This document shows, piece by piece, positions 1 to 9,384 of a stretch of 64,000 nucleotides of DNA. The DNA comes from Hyphomonadaceae bacterium (GTDB taxonomy: Bacteria > Pseudomonadota > Alphaproteobacteria > Caulobacterales > Hyphomonadaceae): assembly GCA_024743315.1 (NCBI GenBank), contig JANSWU010000004.1, forward strand, positions 323,106-387,105, read 5' to 3'. Made by a program: the position numbers and the translations under genes. Within the stretch, counting starts at the first letter, position 1; every line of letters starts with the position of its first letter. The notes beneath the pieces were generated by a model, which was not told the DNA's origin, did no database searches, and was given only the letters and a program-made list of their open reading frames with translations.

Positions 1-708
1 CCCATGGGTGTTGATCACCGCCTTCGGTTCGCCGGTCGAGCCAGACGTCAGCATGTATTTGGCCACCGTATCCGGGGTCAGTTGGTCATAGGCCTCTGCC
101 ACAGAATTGCCGCCGGGCACAGCGAACGCCTCGAGCGTCTGGCTCTCATAGCTCTGTGGTGCGTTTCGGGAATACAGAACCAGCCGCGACCCAACCTGCA
201 TGCCATCGAGACCACGCTGATATTCTGCTCCATCCTCAACATAGATGTATTTGGGCTCAACCAGCTGGTCGACATAGTTAAGCCGGGCGAAATCCTGGCT
301 CAGCAAGGCATAAGCGGGCGTTACCGGAACCACTGGGCACCCTGCCAACATCGCGCCATACATCACCAGAGCATGATCAATCGTGTTGCGCGACAGGATC
401 ATTATCGGTTCGCCCGCCCCGGCATTCAGGAAGCCCTGCGCAATCGCCTGCACCCGCTCCCAGGCCTCAGAATAGCTAATCGTCTGCCAGCCATCTTTGT
501 GCGGATCAACCGGATCGCGTTGCGCCAGCCAGGGGCGCTCAGGTGCGGTTTCGGCCCAGTGTTTCAACGGCCACAACATGTGCGGCGGAAACTCTTTGAG
601 CGGCTGCCCATTGTCGAGCAGTATGGTGCCATCCTCGCGGCGATTGACCACTAGTTTTTGCGGCAAATAAGGCACGTCCCGAAACGGAATATGGCGCGTT
701 TCACTCAT
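1..708 (-). CDS. Feruloyl-CoA synthase-like AMP-binding acyl-CoA ligase (5' part; runs off the left edge)
   Basis: Not in the ORF track; translated by hand from ATG at 708: MSETRHIPFRDVPYLPQKLVVNRREDGTILLDN...HWAETAPERPWLAQR...ISYSEAWERVQAIAQGFL...MILSRNTIDHAL...PVVPVTPAYALLSQDFARL. This is a typical Fcs N-terminus and is open to the window edge. Confidence 0.8.
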   Translation of the reverse strand, partial: MSETRHIPFRDVPYLPQKLVVNRREDGTILLDNGQPLKEFPPHMLWPLKHWAETAPERPWLAQRDPVDPHKDGWQTISYSEAWERVQAIAQGFLNAGAGEPIMILSRNTIDHALVMYGAMLAGCPVVPVTPAYALLSQDFARLNYVDQLVEPKYIYVEDGAEYQRGLDGMQVGSRLVLYSRNAPQSYESQTLEAFAVPGGNSVAEAYDQLTPDTVAKYMLTSGSTGEPKAVINTHG

Positions 709-712
709 GATT

Positions 713-1495
713 TTATCCCTCGCCGCGGGTTTCAATTTTGACCGGCGCGCCGCAATGCTTGCAGTGCACGGCGTCCGGATCGTGCCGCGTCAATCCACAT
801 GCCTCACATGGATAGTCAACCTTGCCGCCGGGGAGGGTGATGGCGCGCAGCAGACGCAGAAACAGCGTCAGCCCGAGCACCATGATTACCACAGCCAGGA
901 GCCGCCCCCAGACTCCTTCCATCAGAATATCGCCATACCCGGTCGTGGTCAGGCTGGTGACGGTGAAGTAAAGCGCGTCGACATAATTCTGGATGCCCGG
1001 ATTGGCGTCTTTCTGCAGCACATAGACAAGACCGGACATCAAGAACACAAACACAATCAGATTGGTCACCCGATCAAAAATGTCTTCATGTCGCTTCAAA
1101 TAGGACGACACGCTTTTCAATCGCTTCAACAGGGTGAAGGCCCGAATAATCCGTACCGCACGCAGCAGCCGGAGGAAGGCCAGGTTTTGCGTGAACAAGG
1201 GCGCCAGCATCGAGATCACGACAATAATATCGGCCCAATTATAGAAGCGTCGCCAGAACATGGACTTTGGGCGCGCAATGTAAAACCGCGCCCAGAGATC
1301 GAGCGCGATGACCAGTCCGATCACATAATCTGCAATCGGATGCGAGACGCCTTCGCCACGAAACGGTGCCCAAAGAAAATACGCAATGGTGATAATGTCG
1401 AAGGTGAGCAGCGCGACACGGAAAAAGTATGGGCCGCGGCCATGCCCCTCATACAACCAAAACAATTGCCGGTTCAGCCCTTTGCGTTCACTCAC
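713..1495 (-). CDS. Potassium channel / ion transporter with C-terminal Cys4 Zn ribbon
   Basis: S4-like RLLRAVRIIRAF, selectivity filter TSLTTTGYGD, C-terminal CEAC...CKHC. GTG start at 1495 follows a GGGAG; the ORF extends to 1543. Confidence 0.9.
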   Translation of the reverse strand: MSERKGLNRQLFWLYEGHGRGPYFFRVALLTFDIITIAYFLWAPFRGEGVSHPIADYVIGLVIALDLWARFYIARPKSMFWRRFYNWADIIVVISMLAPLFTQNLAFLRLLRAVRIIRAFTLLKRLKSVSSYLKRHEDIFDRVTNLIVFVFLMSGLVYVLQKDANPGIQNYVDALYFTVTSLTTTGYGDILMEGVWGRLLAVVIMVLGLTLFLRLLRAITLPGGKVDYPCEACGLTRHDPDAVHCKHCGAPVKIETRGEG

Positions 1496-1643
1496 TGAAT
1501 CTCGCTCCCGCCCTGATTCTGGCTGTGAGTATGACGGTGCCAATCCGACCTGTCACCTCGCCGGCGCAATCGACCATTGCGCGCGGCAAGCCGAGCATCT
1601 GAAATTGTGATCTGAATTTTGTGTGAGCCAAGGTGATCGTAGC

Positions 1644-1658
1644 TTGATCAGACGTTAA
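1644..1658 (+). promoter_or_regulatory. Possible CtrA box (TTGA-N7-TTAA, one mismatch)
   Basis: ttga tcagacg ttaa upstream of the OMP gene; the consensus is TTAA-N7-TTAA. Confidence 0.3.
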
Positions 1659-1732
1659 GTGCCGGGCGGAGCGTCTCCGGATAGGTCCTTCCTCGTTCGC
1701 CCGTGCCGAACCAAGAAAGAAGGAAGCTCCGA

Positions 1733-2467
1733 ATGTCTCGTTTTGCCACCATGGCGTTTGCCATCTCGTCCCTCTTTGCCCTCCCTGCGATCGCTGAAAA
1801 CGAGACCGGATTTTACGTTTCAGGATTTGTCGGTGCCGGGTTCCCCGGAGACGCTGAGCTCACTGGCATCCAGACCCCTGAAGCCGGCGCCCCAGGCACG
1901 CCGGGCGCGCCAGCCAATATCCAGGCCGACTTCGATTCAGACTCAACCCTCGGCGTGGCACTCGGCTACAAAACCCCTTGGGAGTTTTTCGGCATCTTTC
2001 ATCCGCGCCTCGAACTGGAATACTCCACTCTCAAGGCGGATGTTGGCGCCGGCAGCTTTAATGGCGGCAACCAACCCTTCTCAGGCGACATGCAGATCGA
2101 TTTTTTCCTGATCAACAATTACTCCGACATCATTTGGCGCGATGATCAAACCTTGGTGCCATTTGTCGGCGGTGGGCTCGGCGTCGCCAATGTTGAAACC
2201 AATATTCTTTATGCGGGCGGCGGCGCGACCGCGCCAAACTTCGTCGCGGCCGGAGATGATACAGGACTCGCAGGGACGATTGCAGGCGGGCTGACTTGGC
2301 TCACCGGCAGTCCTTGGCAAGTCTATGGCGAAGCCCGTTACTATCAGGTCCGAGATCTCGAATTCGAGCGCAGGTTTATTGGCGGCGGCGCCGACTTGCT
2401 CAATGCCCGCGTTGAAGACGATTTTGACGGCGCCAGCCTGACTTTGGGCGCTCGATACAAATTCTGA
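1733..2467 (+). CDS. Outer-membrane beta-barrel protein (OmpA-like/P44-Msp2 type)
   Basis: Signal peptide MSRFATMAFAISSLFALPAIA, GFYVSGFVG start, RLELEYS strand, C-terminal LGARYKF. Confidence 0.8.
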   Translation: MSRFATMAFAISSLFALPAIAENETGFYVSGFVGAGFPGDAELTGIQTPEAGAPGTPGAPANIQADFDSDSTLGVALGYKTPWEFFGIFHPRLELEYSTLKADVGAGSFNGGNQPFSGDMQIDFFLINNYSDIIWRDDQTLVPFVGGGLGVANVETNILYAGGGATAPNFVAAGDDTGLAGTIAGGLTWLTGSPWQVYGEARYYQVRDLEFERRFIGGGADLLNARVEDDFDGASLTLGARYKF

Positions 2468-2588
2468 GAGATCGTTTCCTCCCTCAAGATCTCTTAGGCC
2501 TCGGTCCGGCTATGTTCCCCTGCGCATGGCCGGGCCATTTTCTTATTCACCGATGACAAGGGCGGGTGATCGCCTTACATGCGCGCGT

Positions 2589-3482
2589 ATGGCTTCCCCA
2601 TTTGCATATCTCGCCCATCGCGCCGTGCTCTCCCTGACCGGCCCAGACACAGTGACCTTGCTTGAACGCCTGGTCACGCATGCCACCGAAAACTGGACCC
2701 CCGGCACGACCCGCTATGGCGCCTTGCTGACCCCTCAGGGCAAAGTGATTGCCGACTATCTGGCGCTGCGAACGGAAGACGGGGTGCTCCTGGATGTCGC
2801 CAAGGATCATGTCGCTGATCTTGCCAAGCGCCTGAAAATGTTCCGTCTCCGGAGTGAGGTCGAGATCGAAATTCTGGAAGACGTTTTTGTCGTCGCAGGG
2901 CTTGAAGCGGCAGCGTCCGGCGTGCGACCGATTTCGGGCGCGCAGCATGTCTACGTGGATCCGCGTTATCCTGGCGGACGTCTTCGCGGCCTCGCCACCA
3001 AGGAAAGCTGGGCCGCCTGGTATGGCTATCATCCGGCGGAATGGTCACAGCCTGTTGACGCGTATCACCGAGATCGCATCCAGTGCATGGTGCCAGAGCA
3101 AGGTTTTGATTTCGGTTCAGCCGAGGTTTTCCCGGCTGACATCAACATGGACATTCTCGGCGGTGTCGCGCTGAACAAAGGCTGTTTCGTCGGGCAGGAA
3201 GTGGTCAGTCGGATGCATCGGCGCGGCCGCATCCGCAAACGCGCATTATGCGTTGAGGCGCCTGCCAACATTGTTCTGGAACCAGATACAGAGATTATCG
3301 CGCCGCTGTCGATTGGCACCCTTTCCAGTGCCGAGGGCTCACATGCGCTGGCACGTGTGCGGGTTGATCGCATGCTCAAGGCTGAGCAGGCTGGGGAAAT
3401 GTTCAAAGTTCATGAAACCCCGGTCATGATTGCAAAACCCGATTGGCTTGGTGCCGAACTGGACGCTATGGAACAGTCATGA
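2589..3482 (+). CDS. ygfZ: Folate-binding Fe-S/tRNA-modification protein YgfZ
   Basis: Signature KGCFVGQEVVSRM, LLTPQGKV. Confidence 0.92.
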   Translation: MASPFAYLAHRAVLSLTGPDTVTLLERLVTHATENWTPGTTRYGALLTPQGKVIADYLALRTEDGVLLDVAKDHVADLAKRLKMFRLRSEVEIEILEDVFVVAGLEAAASGVRPISGAQHVYVDPRYPGGRLRGLATKESWAAWYGYHPAEWSQPVDAYHRDRIQCMVPEQGFDFGSAEVFPADINMDILGGVALNKGCFVGQEVVSRMHRRGRIRKRALCVEAPANIVLEPDTEIIAPLSIGTLSSAEGSHALARVRVDRMLKAEQAGEMFKVHETPVMIAKPDWLGAELDAMEQS

Positions 3483-4063
3483 CTGCACCTGTTCCCTGCG
3501 CCTGGGCGCCGCCTGATGATAAACTTTACCGCGACTATCACGGTCAGGAATGGGGCGTGCCGGAATATGATTCACGCGCGCTTTGGGAAAAACTGCAACT
3601 CGATGGCATGCAAGCCGGCCTCGCCTGGATCACAATCCTGCGCAAGCGCGAGAGCATGCGCGAAGAATTTGATGGATTTGATCCGGAAAAGATCGCGCGC
3701 TGGGACCAGGCGAGAATAGAAAAGGCGCTGAGCAATCCTGGCATCATTCGCAGTCCGAAAAAGATTGAAGCGTGCATCGGCAATGCACGCGCCTTTCTGG
3801 ACGCCGCCGATGCTGGTGAAAATTTCTCAGACTTCTGTTGGAGCTTCGTCGATGGCACGCCAATCCTGGGCCACCTGAAACACTATAAGGACGGCCCGAC
3901 GAAAACAGACATTTCAGAAGCCTGCTCGAAAGCTCTGAAGCAGCGCGGCTATAAATTTGTAGGCCCGACCATTGTCTATGCCTGGATGCAAGCCTGCGGC
4001 CTTTACAATGATCATGAGATCGATTGCCCGCGATTCAAACAAGTACAGGAGTTCGCCCGATGA
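3479..4063 (+). CDS. tag: DNA-3-methyladenine glycosylase I
   Basis: CAW...YRDYHGQEWG, GMQAGLAWITILRKRE, GYKFVGPTIVYAWMQACG, NDHEIDC. ATGA overlap with ygfZ. Confidence 0.93.
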   Translation: MTAPVPCAWAPPDDKLYRDYHGQEWGVPEYDSRALWEKLQLDGMQAGLAWITILRKRESMREEFDGFDPEKIARWDQARIEKALSNPGIIRSPKKIEACIGNARAFLDAADAGENFSDFCWSFVDGTPILGHLKHYKDGPTKTDISEACSKALKQRGYKFVGPTIVYAWMQACGLYNDHEIDCPRFKQVQEFAR

Positions 4064-4314
4064 AAACCCTCATGACCCTTACGCTTCTGATCGGGCTCGG
4101 CGCCTGTGTTTCCAGCACTGAGTTTGACCGCGACCGCGCTTATGCCAAATGCGAGTCTATTTCTGACAAATCGAGCCGAGACCGCTGCATTGCCGACGCC
4201 ATCACCCAGGCCGAACGCGAACGCGATCGCGACAATGAGCGGCTGGAAGAGTTTCAGGACAATGCAGATCGCCGGGAACTTGGCCGCGAAATCGCCGGGG
4301 CAGGCGACCAGTAA
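4060..4314 (+). CDS. Small hypothetical lipoprotein
   Basis: Lipobox LGAC, two further Cys, charged helical tail, ATGA overlap with tag. Confidence 0.7.
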   Translation: MKTLMTLTLLIGLGACVSSTEFDRDRAYAKCESISDKSSRDRCIADAITQAERERDRDNERLEEFQDNADRRELGREIAGAGDQ

Positions 4315-4393
4315 ATTCAACCATATTTGAACCCCGCCCCAGTTTAGACATAGTTCAGAGCGAATAAGTGAGTGAACACTCACGGAGCCGATC

Positions 4394-5590
4394 ATGTTTA
4401 AGACTGCCCTCGCCGCTTTCACTGCGCTGACCGTCGCCGCCTGCGCACCTTCTGCACAAGCGCCCGACAACCTTAAACCCTGGCAAGACGTGATGGCCGA
4501 GGATGGCCTCGCGGCTGCTCAAGAAAACCTCTCATTGCGACCGCAAACGCCCGAGACCCAGTTCGCGCTTGGCGCGGTTCATTTCTTACGCGCCAGCGAA
4601 GACATTATGCAGGTCCGGTATCAAAACTCGACCGCGCCGCTCGCGATCCTGCCGGGCATGCGCAACCGTTTGCCAGCCAATCCAAACGCGGCGTTTGATC
4701 CGGCCTTTATTGAAATCGCAATGCTGCAGGCGCTTGATCATTTGGAACAGGCCGCGAGCCACCTCGAAAACGCCACGGGAGAAGATTTCGCAATCGAGGT
4801 CGCGCTGCCCGCGATCTGGTTTGACGTGAACGCCAATGGTCGTCGCGAACCGTGGGAAACGGGCCTTGCCGTCATGGCCGACCTGAATGCCGAGCCTTCG
4901 GAAGACTTCGAAGGCATCGTGCGCTTTGACAGCGCCGACGCGCATTGGCTGAAAGCCTATGTCCACGTCATGTCTGGCATGGCAGAACTGACATTGGCCG
5001 CAGACCCAACCCCGGCCATTCGATCCGTTTATGAGGGTCGGCAGGAAATGAATGAGTTTGGCGCGGTCGAAAGCCTGTTTCTCGATAATGATACAATCGA
5101 TACATTGGCTGCGGTCTTGCTGACCCTGCGCGGGGTTCCGGACCAGACCCGCACACGCGCCGCGCACGACCATTTCCGGACCATGATTGCCGAGAACCGT
5201 GCCTTCTGGAGCGCTGTCATGGCGGAAACAGATAATGATCGTGAATGGCTGCCCAATCCAAACCAGAGCTCTGCCTTTGGGGTTGAGGTCACAGAAGACA
5301 TGGCGACCGGCTGGCAAGACGTTCTGGTCGAGATTGAGCGCTTGCTCGAAGGCGAAACCCTGATCCCTTATTGGCGATACGATAATGGCTATAATGCCGA
5401 GACCGGCATTGGCGTAAACCTCGCTAAGGTTCTGCAAGAGCCCGGCGATATGGACATCATTCTGTGGATTCATGGTGCTGGCGCCGCGCCTTATCTTGAA
5501 ACCGGGGAATTGGCCCAAATGCAAGCCTGGGATCGGTTCGCCACCATGACCCGCGGCGATAGCCTGATGTTTGCGGTCTGGTTCAACTGA
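4394..5590 (+). CDS. Hypothetical lipoprotein (398 aa)
   Basis: SD cggag, lipobox VAAC, long ORF ending WFN, no family recognised. Confidence 0.75.
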   Translation: MFKTALAAFTALTVAACAPSAQAPDNLKPWQDVMAEDGLAAAQENLSLRPQTPETQFALGAVHFLRASEDIMQVRYQNSTAPLAILPGMRNRLPANPNAAFDPAFIEIAMLQALDHLEQAASHLENATGEDFAIEVALPAIWFDVNANGRREPWETGLAVMADLNAEPSEDFEGIVRFDSADAHWLKAYVHVMSGMAELTLAADPTPAIRSVYEGRQEMNEFGAVESLFLDNDTIDTLAAVLLTLRGVPDQTRTRAAHDHFRTMIAENRAFWSAVMAETDNDREWLPNPNQSSAFGVEVTEDMATGWQDVLVEIERLLEGETLIPYWRYDNGYNAETGIGVNLAKVLQEPGDMDIILWIHGAGAAPYLETGELAQMQAWDRFATMTRGDSLMFAVWFN

Positions 5591-5693
5591 CTCTTACCGC
5601 GCGAGATGGCTCGACGCCGTGCCAGCATCGGCCTAGAACTTCGGGCAATCAGGAGAACAGAGTCGCGCGGACGCGACACAAGAGGCCTTGCCA

Positions 5694-6815
5694 ATGATCA
5701 CCCCCGTTATTTCGGCCACGGGTCTGTGGACCCCATCAGAATCCGTATCCAATGAAGAACTCGTCGCCAGCTTCAATGCCTGGGCCGACAAATGGAATGC
5801 CGAGCACGCCGCTGATATCGAAGCTGGCACTGTTGAGCCCAAGACGCATTCCAACGTCGAGTTCATCGAAAAGGCGTCAGGGATCAAATCGCGCTACGTG
5901 GTCAACAAGTCTGGCATCGTCGATCCAAATGTCATGCGCCCAGACATTCCTGAGCGCCCGAACGAACAGATTTCGATCCTCGCTGAAATTGCGGTCAACG
6001 CCGCCAAAATGGCACTGGAACGGGCCGGCCGGGATCCGAAAGATGTCGATGCGGTCCTCTGTGCGGCTTCGAATATGCAGCGTGGCTATCCCGCCATGGC
6101 GGTTGAGATTCAGGACGCGCTCGGCATTGAAGGCTTCGGCTTCGATATGAATGTCGCCTGTTCCTCGGCAACATTTGGCATCCAGACCGGCGCGGATTTT
6201 GTCCGTTCCGGCAGCGCCCGTTCAGTGCTGATGGTCAATCCTGAAATCTGTTCAGGCCACCTCAATTTCACCGATCGCGACAGCCACTTCATCTTCGGCG
6301 ACGTCGCCACAGCCGTTTTGATCGAGGCCGAAGACATGGCTCCTGCCAAACATTGGAAGATCCTCGGCACCAATCTGAAGACGCAATTCTCGAACAATAT
6401 CCGCAATAATTTTGGCTTCCTCAATCGCTGCGCACCGGAAGGCATCGGCGCGACCGATAAATTGTTCGTCCAGGAAGGGCGTAAAGTGTTCAAAGAGGTG
6501 GTCCCGATGGTCGCCAAAATGATCATTGAAGACCTTGAGCGCCTGGAGCTTGAAGCCGCGCACCTGCGTCGGATGTGGTTGCACCAGGCCAATGCCAATA
6601 TGAACCGACTAATCGCGTCCAAAGTGCTCGGCCGCGAAGCCACGCCAGATGAGAGCCCGACCGTGCTCGACACATATGCCAATACGAGTTCAGCCGGGTC
6701 GATCATTGCTTTCCATAAGCATAGCGACGATATGGCTTCGGGCGACAAAGGCCTGATCTGTTCGTTCGGGGCGGGTTATTCCGCCGGAACCGTCTTCGTC
6801 GAAAAGGCGGCCTAG
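5694..6815 (+). CDS. Beta-ketoacyl-ACP synthase III (long FabH-like type)
   Basis: Catalytic motifs DMNVACSS, HQAN, ANTSSA, SFGAG. Confidence 0.9.
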   Translation: MITPVISATGLWTPSESVSNEELVASFNAWADKWNAEHAADIEAGTVEPKTHSNVEFIEKASGIKSRYVVNKSGIVDPNVMRPDIPERPNEQISILAEIAVNAAKMALERAGRDPKDVDAVLCAASNMQRGYPAMAVEIQDALGIEGFGFDMNVACSSATFGIQTGADFVRSGSARSVLMVNPEICSGHLNFTDRDSHFIFGDVATAVLIEAEDMAPAKHWKILGTNLKTQFSNNIRNNFGFLNRCAPEGIGATDKLFVQEGRKVFKEVVPMVAKMIIEDLERLELEAAHLRRMWLHQANANMNRLIASKVLGREATPDESPTVLDTYANTSSAGSIIAFHKHSDDMASGDKGLICSFGAGYSAGTVFVEKAA

Positions 6816-8005
6816 ACCACGCCTTCCATCCCATCGCCCAGCACCGCTTCCGGCTCGGCCTGCCGCCCATATAGGAGCAGCAGGGAGACAAAAGCGATGC
6901 TGGTCGCCTGGGAGGAAAACAATTCCAGCATGAGTGCGAAGAACCAGGCAGGAAGCCGCTGCGCCGGCAGAGCCTCTTCAGCTGAACCCACGGAGGCCCG
7001 CAAATCGGCGCGCGCTGCCGCAATCTTGGCTTCGAGATCGGCGCGGCGTTGCGCAAGTCCAAGCTCGTTTTGCGCATCCCGATATGGCTTTTGATGGGTC
7101 CTGCCCGCGGCTTCGACCCCGGCCAGATAGGCTTCTAACCCGGCAATCGACCGGGTTTCTGCCGGGATGCCTTCGAGCTGGCGGGTCCAGTCGGCGATCT
7201 CAGCCTCGGTCAGGGCCCGCATCTGTTCGGCTGAGGCGAAGGAGGCAATCTGACCGTCGGCATTGTTGAGCATATAGAGGGTCGTCCCAGCAATACTGGT
7301 GGCCGCGCCGGCCCCTGCGAAGACCAGCGCGCGCGCGGCTTCTCCGCGCCTCCCACCAGAGATGTGCCACCAGAAAAAGGTGAAACCGCCAAACGAGCAG
7401 ACCGATGCAATCACCCCGCTCCAGCCCCAGACTTCGGCTTGTGTCGGATCACTGACTCCGAGACTGAAAGCCTGGAAATTAGCAAAGCCAGACAGCGCCG
7501 CCGCCGCCAGACCTGCCCCGAGAAAGATCAAAGCCAGAAGCGAGATAATTACCCGTTCGCCCCAGCGCCCGTCTCGCCGTGACGGTGGCGCCGGGATGTC
7601 ATCGTCCTGAACCAGGTCTTCGACCCAATCACTCACGGAGTGAACCACGGCTTCTGGATGGGTCTCGACCAATTCGCCCAATACCGGCTCAACCGGATCG
7701 TCCAATTTTGGCAGGCGCGGCTCGATCGGGATGATTTCAGCCTCTGAAAAAGGCTCATTATTCCATTCGGCGGCTTCGGATTTTTCCCGCAAGTAAGCCA
7801 GCAGCGGGCCTTCCAACCCGCAAGCGCTGCATTGGACTCGGCCGCGTGCGAGCGACAGTCTCAAGCCGCGCGCGGCGCCGCAGCCAGGACAGTCTTCTTG
7901 TGCAAGGCCGCGATCATCAAAGGCTTCATCAAGGCCCGCCGCGCGCAAAGCCTCGTCCAAAACGCTCGAAGTGGTAACAATCGCGCTCATTTCAGCCCTA
8001 GCCAA
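6812..8005 (-). CDS. Hypothetical membrane protein with N-terminal Cys4 zinc ribbon
   Basis: CPGC-x16-CSAC, acidic Pro-rich linker, 3 hydrophobic segments, coiled-coil, C-terminal hydrophobic segment. Confidence 0.75.
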   Translation of the reverse strand: MARAEMSAIVTTSSVLDEALRAAGLDEAFDDRGLAQEDCPGCGAARGLRLSLARGRVQCSACGLEGPLLAYLREKSEAAEWNNEPFSEAEIIPIEPRLPKLDDPVEPVLGELVETHPEAVVHSVSDWVEDLVQDDDIPAPPSRRDGRWGERVIISLLALIFLGAGLAAAALSGFANFQAFSLGVSDPTQAEVWGWSGVIASVCSFGGFTFFWWHISGGRRGEAARALVFAGAGAATSIAGTTLYMLNNADGQIASFASAEQMRALTEAEIADWTRQLEGIPAETRSIAGLEAYLAGVEAAGRTHQKPYRDAQNELGLAQRRADLEAKIAAARADLRASVGSAEEALPAQRLPAWFFALMLELFSSQATSIAFVSLLLLYGRQAEPEAVLGDGMEGVV

Positions 8006-8125
8006 CCCTAATTGATCCCTATTTGTTCTTTTTATGTTTCCATTCTGCTTTCGTCAACCGGGTGAATGATGGGAAGGCTGGAAATTAACTCGACGCAAAG
8101 CCGTGTACGCCATATACGTCATACT

Positions 8126-8710
8126 ATGACACGGATGAGAACCCGCACACCGGCGACCGGCAAACGTCGCCTGCACCGCCGCCGCTGGCGTCACGCCAAT
8201 AGCGCCAAGCCAAGTCGCGAAGAATTGCTTCAGGCTGCGGCTGACGAAGCGCAGCTCAACGGCAAGAGCCTGACCGCGATCCGGAAGCATGTGCTCAATC
8301 TGCTACTAGACGCCAAGAAACCTCTCACCGCTTATGAAGTTCTGGCATCCTTGGATGGGGTTGGCTCGGTGTCACCGCCGACAGCGTACCGCGCGCTCGA
8401 TTTCCTTGTCGCACTTGGTTACGTGACTCGTGTTGAAAGCCTCAACGCCTATATGGCGCTGGACCTTGGGCCGAGTGATGTGCCGCTGGCATTTTTTGTT
8501 TGCGAGAAATGCGGACAGGCCAAGGAACTCTCGGCGTCGGACGCCGTGGTCAGCCTGATCAGCACGGCCGATCAACAGGGCTTCGGCGTTAGCCATGCCT
8601 CGCTGGAAGTGCGCGGCGATTGTCGCGGTCAGCTCGGCTGTGAAACCTGGAGCGAAAGCATTGTCGCGGCCGAGACCCTAGGAACGATCGACAAGCACCG
8701 CCACGAATAA
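8126..8710 (+). CDS. Fur/Zur-family transcriptional regulator
   Basis: LTAIRKHVLNLL, PPTAYRALDFL, VTRVESLNAY, FFVCEKCG, LEVRGDC. Start uncertain (8066 or 8126). Confidence 0.88.
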   Translation: MTRMRTRTPATGKRRLHRRRWRHANSAKPSREELLQAAADEAQLNGKSLTAIRKHVLNLLLDAKKPLTAYEVLASLDGVGSVSPPTAYRALDFLVALGYVTRVESLNAYMALDLGPSDVPLAFFVCEKCGQAKELSASDAVVSLISTADQQGFGVSHASLEVRGDCRGQLGCETWSESIVAAETLGTIDKHRHE

Positions 8711-9229
8711 AGCTGGTTCGTCGCCTTCCACCGCCCAAGCATGATTGGTCGCGCGCTGGATCACAACATCGCCTGGTCCGATCACCGTTTCTTCTTGATC
8801 CAGGATCAGGCGGACGCGACCTTTGACGAGGATGATCGCGTCGAGTGTATGCGTCGTGTGCATGGCCGGATGCTTGCTTGTGTCGGGCTGATGGTCCCCT
8901 GCTCCAATCGCAATGAAGGCTTGCCGCGTCAGGTCTGCAATCATGTCCGGCGGCGCCCCTTCCGGCGACGGGCCGGACGTAAACCACCGGATCTTCACTT
9001 TGCCCTTGTCCGGAGACAGGATGGGTGTGCCCGCGCCTTTATCTTCGCACGGGCTCGGGTCGAGGTCGCCCGTGGCGTCATCATGCCAGATCTCCAGCAA
9101 GCCGCCGAGATCGCCGGTGCGAAACTCATCGGCAGGTCCCCCATCAATCATGATGTGTGACTTTCCATCTGCATCATTGGCGGTGACGACCCGTCGGAGT
9201 CCTGACAGCATTTCATCCATTTTAGACAT
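8678..9229 (-). CDS. Cupin-domain protein
   Basis: RRVVTANDADGKS, MHTTHTLD, GDVVIQRATNHAW. Confidence 0.88.
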   Translation of the reverse strand: MSKMDEMLSGLRRVVTANDADGKSHIMIDGGPADEFRTGDLGGLLEIWHDDATGDLDPSPCEDKGAGTPILSPDKGKVKIRWFTSGPSPEGAPPDMIADLTRQAFIAIGAGDHQPDTSKHPAMHTTHTLDAIILVKGRVRLILDQEETVIGPGDVVIQRATNHAWAVEGDEPALFVAVLVDRS

Positions 9230-9356
9230 GGGTTTCCTCCTCTACGCGACCGATGCGCTTCTTTTTCCCAACCTTAGGCACATTTTTGAAGTCTCGGCGA
9301 GCGCGCTTGACGACGGCGCCTTTTATTTCTTATGCAGACGGCGCAACGGAGACTTT

Positions 9357-9383
9357 ATGTTTAACCAGTCCGAGACCCGGTAA
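9357..9383 (+). CDS. Candidate leader peptide (uORF) MFNQSETR upstream of the yjhX-family gene
   Basis: GGAG 9348-9351, ATG 9357, TAA 9381-9383. Lies just downstream of a TTGACG-N17-TTATGC promoter-like pair (9307-9335). Confidence 0.5.
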   Translation: MFNQSETR

Positions 9384-9384
9384 A

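Noticed and set aside
4-1498. ORFs 4..654 (+) and 707..1498 (+)
   Set aside because: They are antisense to the acyl-CoA ligase and potassium channel, which carry clear motifs.
6812-8005. Prophage or plasmid remnant
   Set aside because: No integrase, primase catalytic domain or other phage genes nearby; only the Zn ribbon is suggestive.
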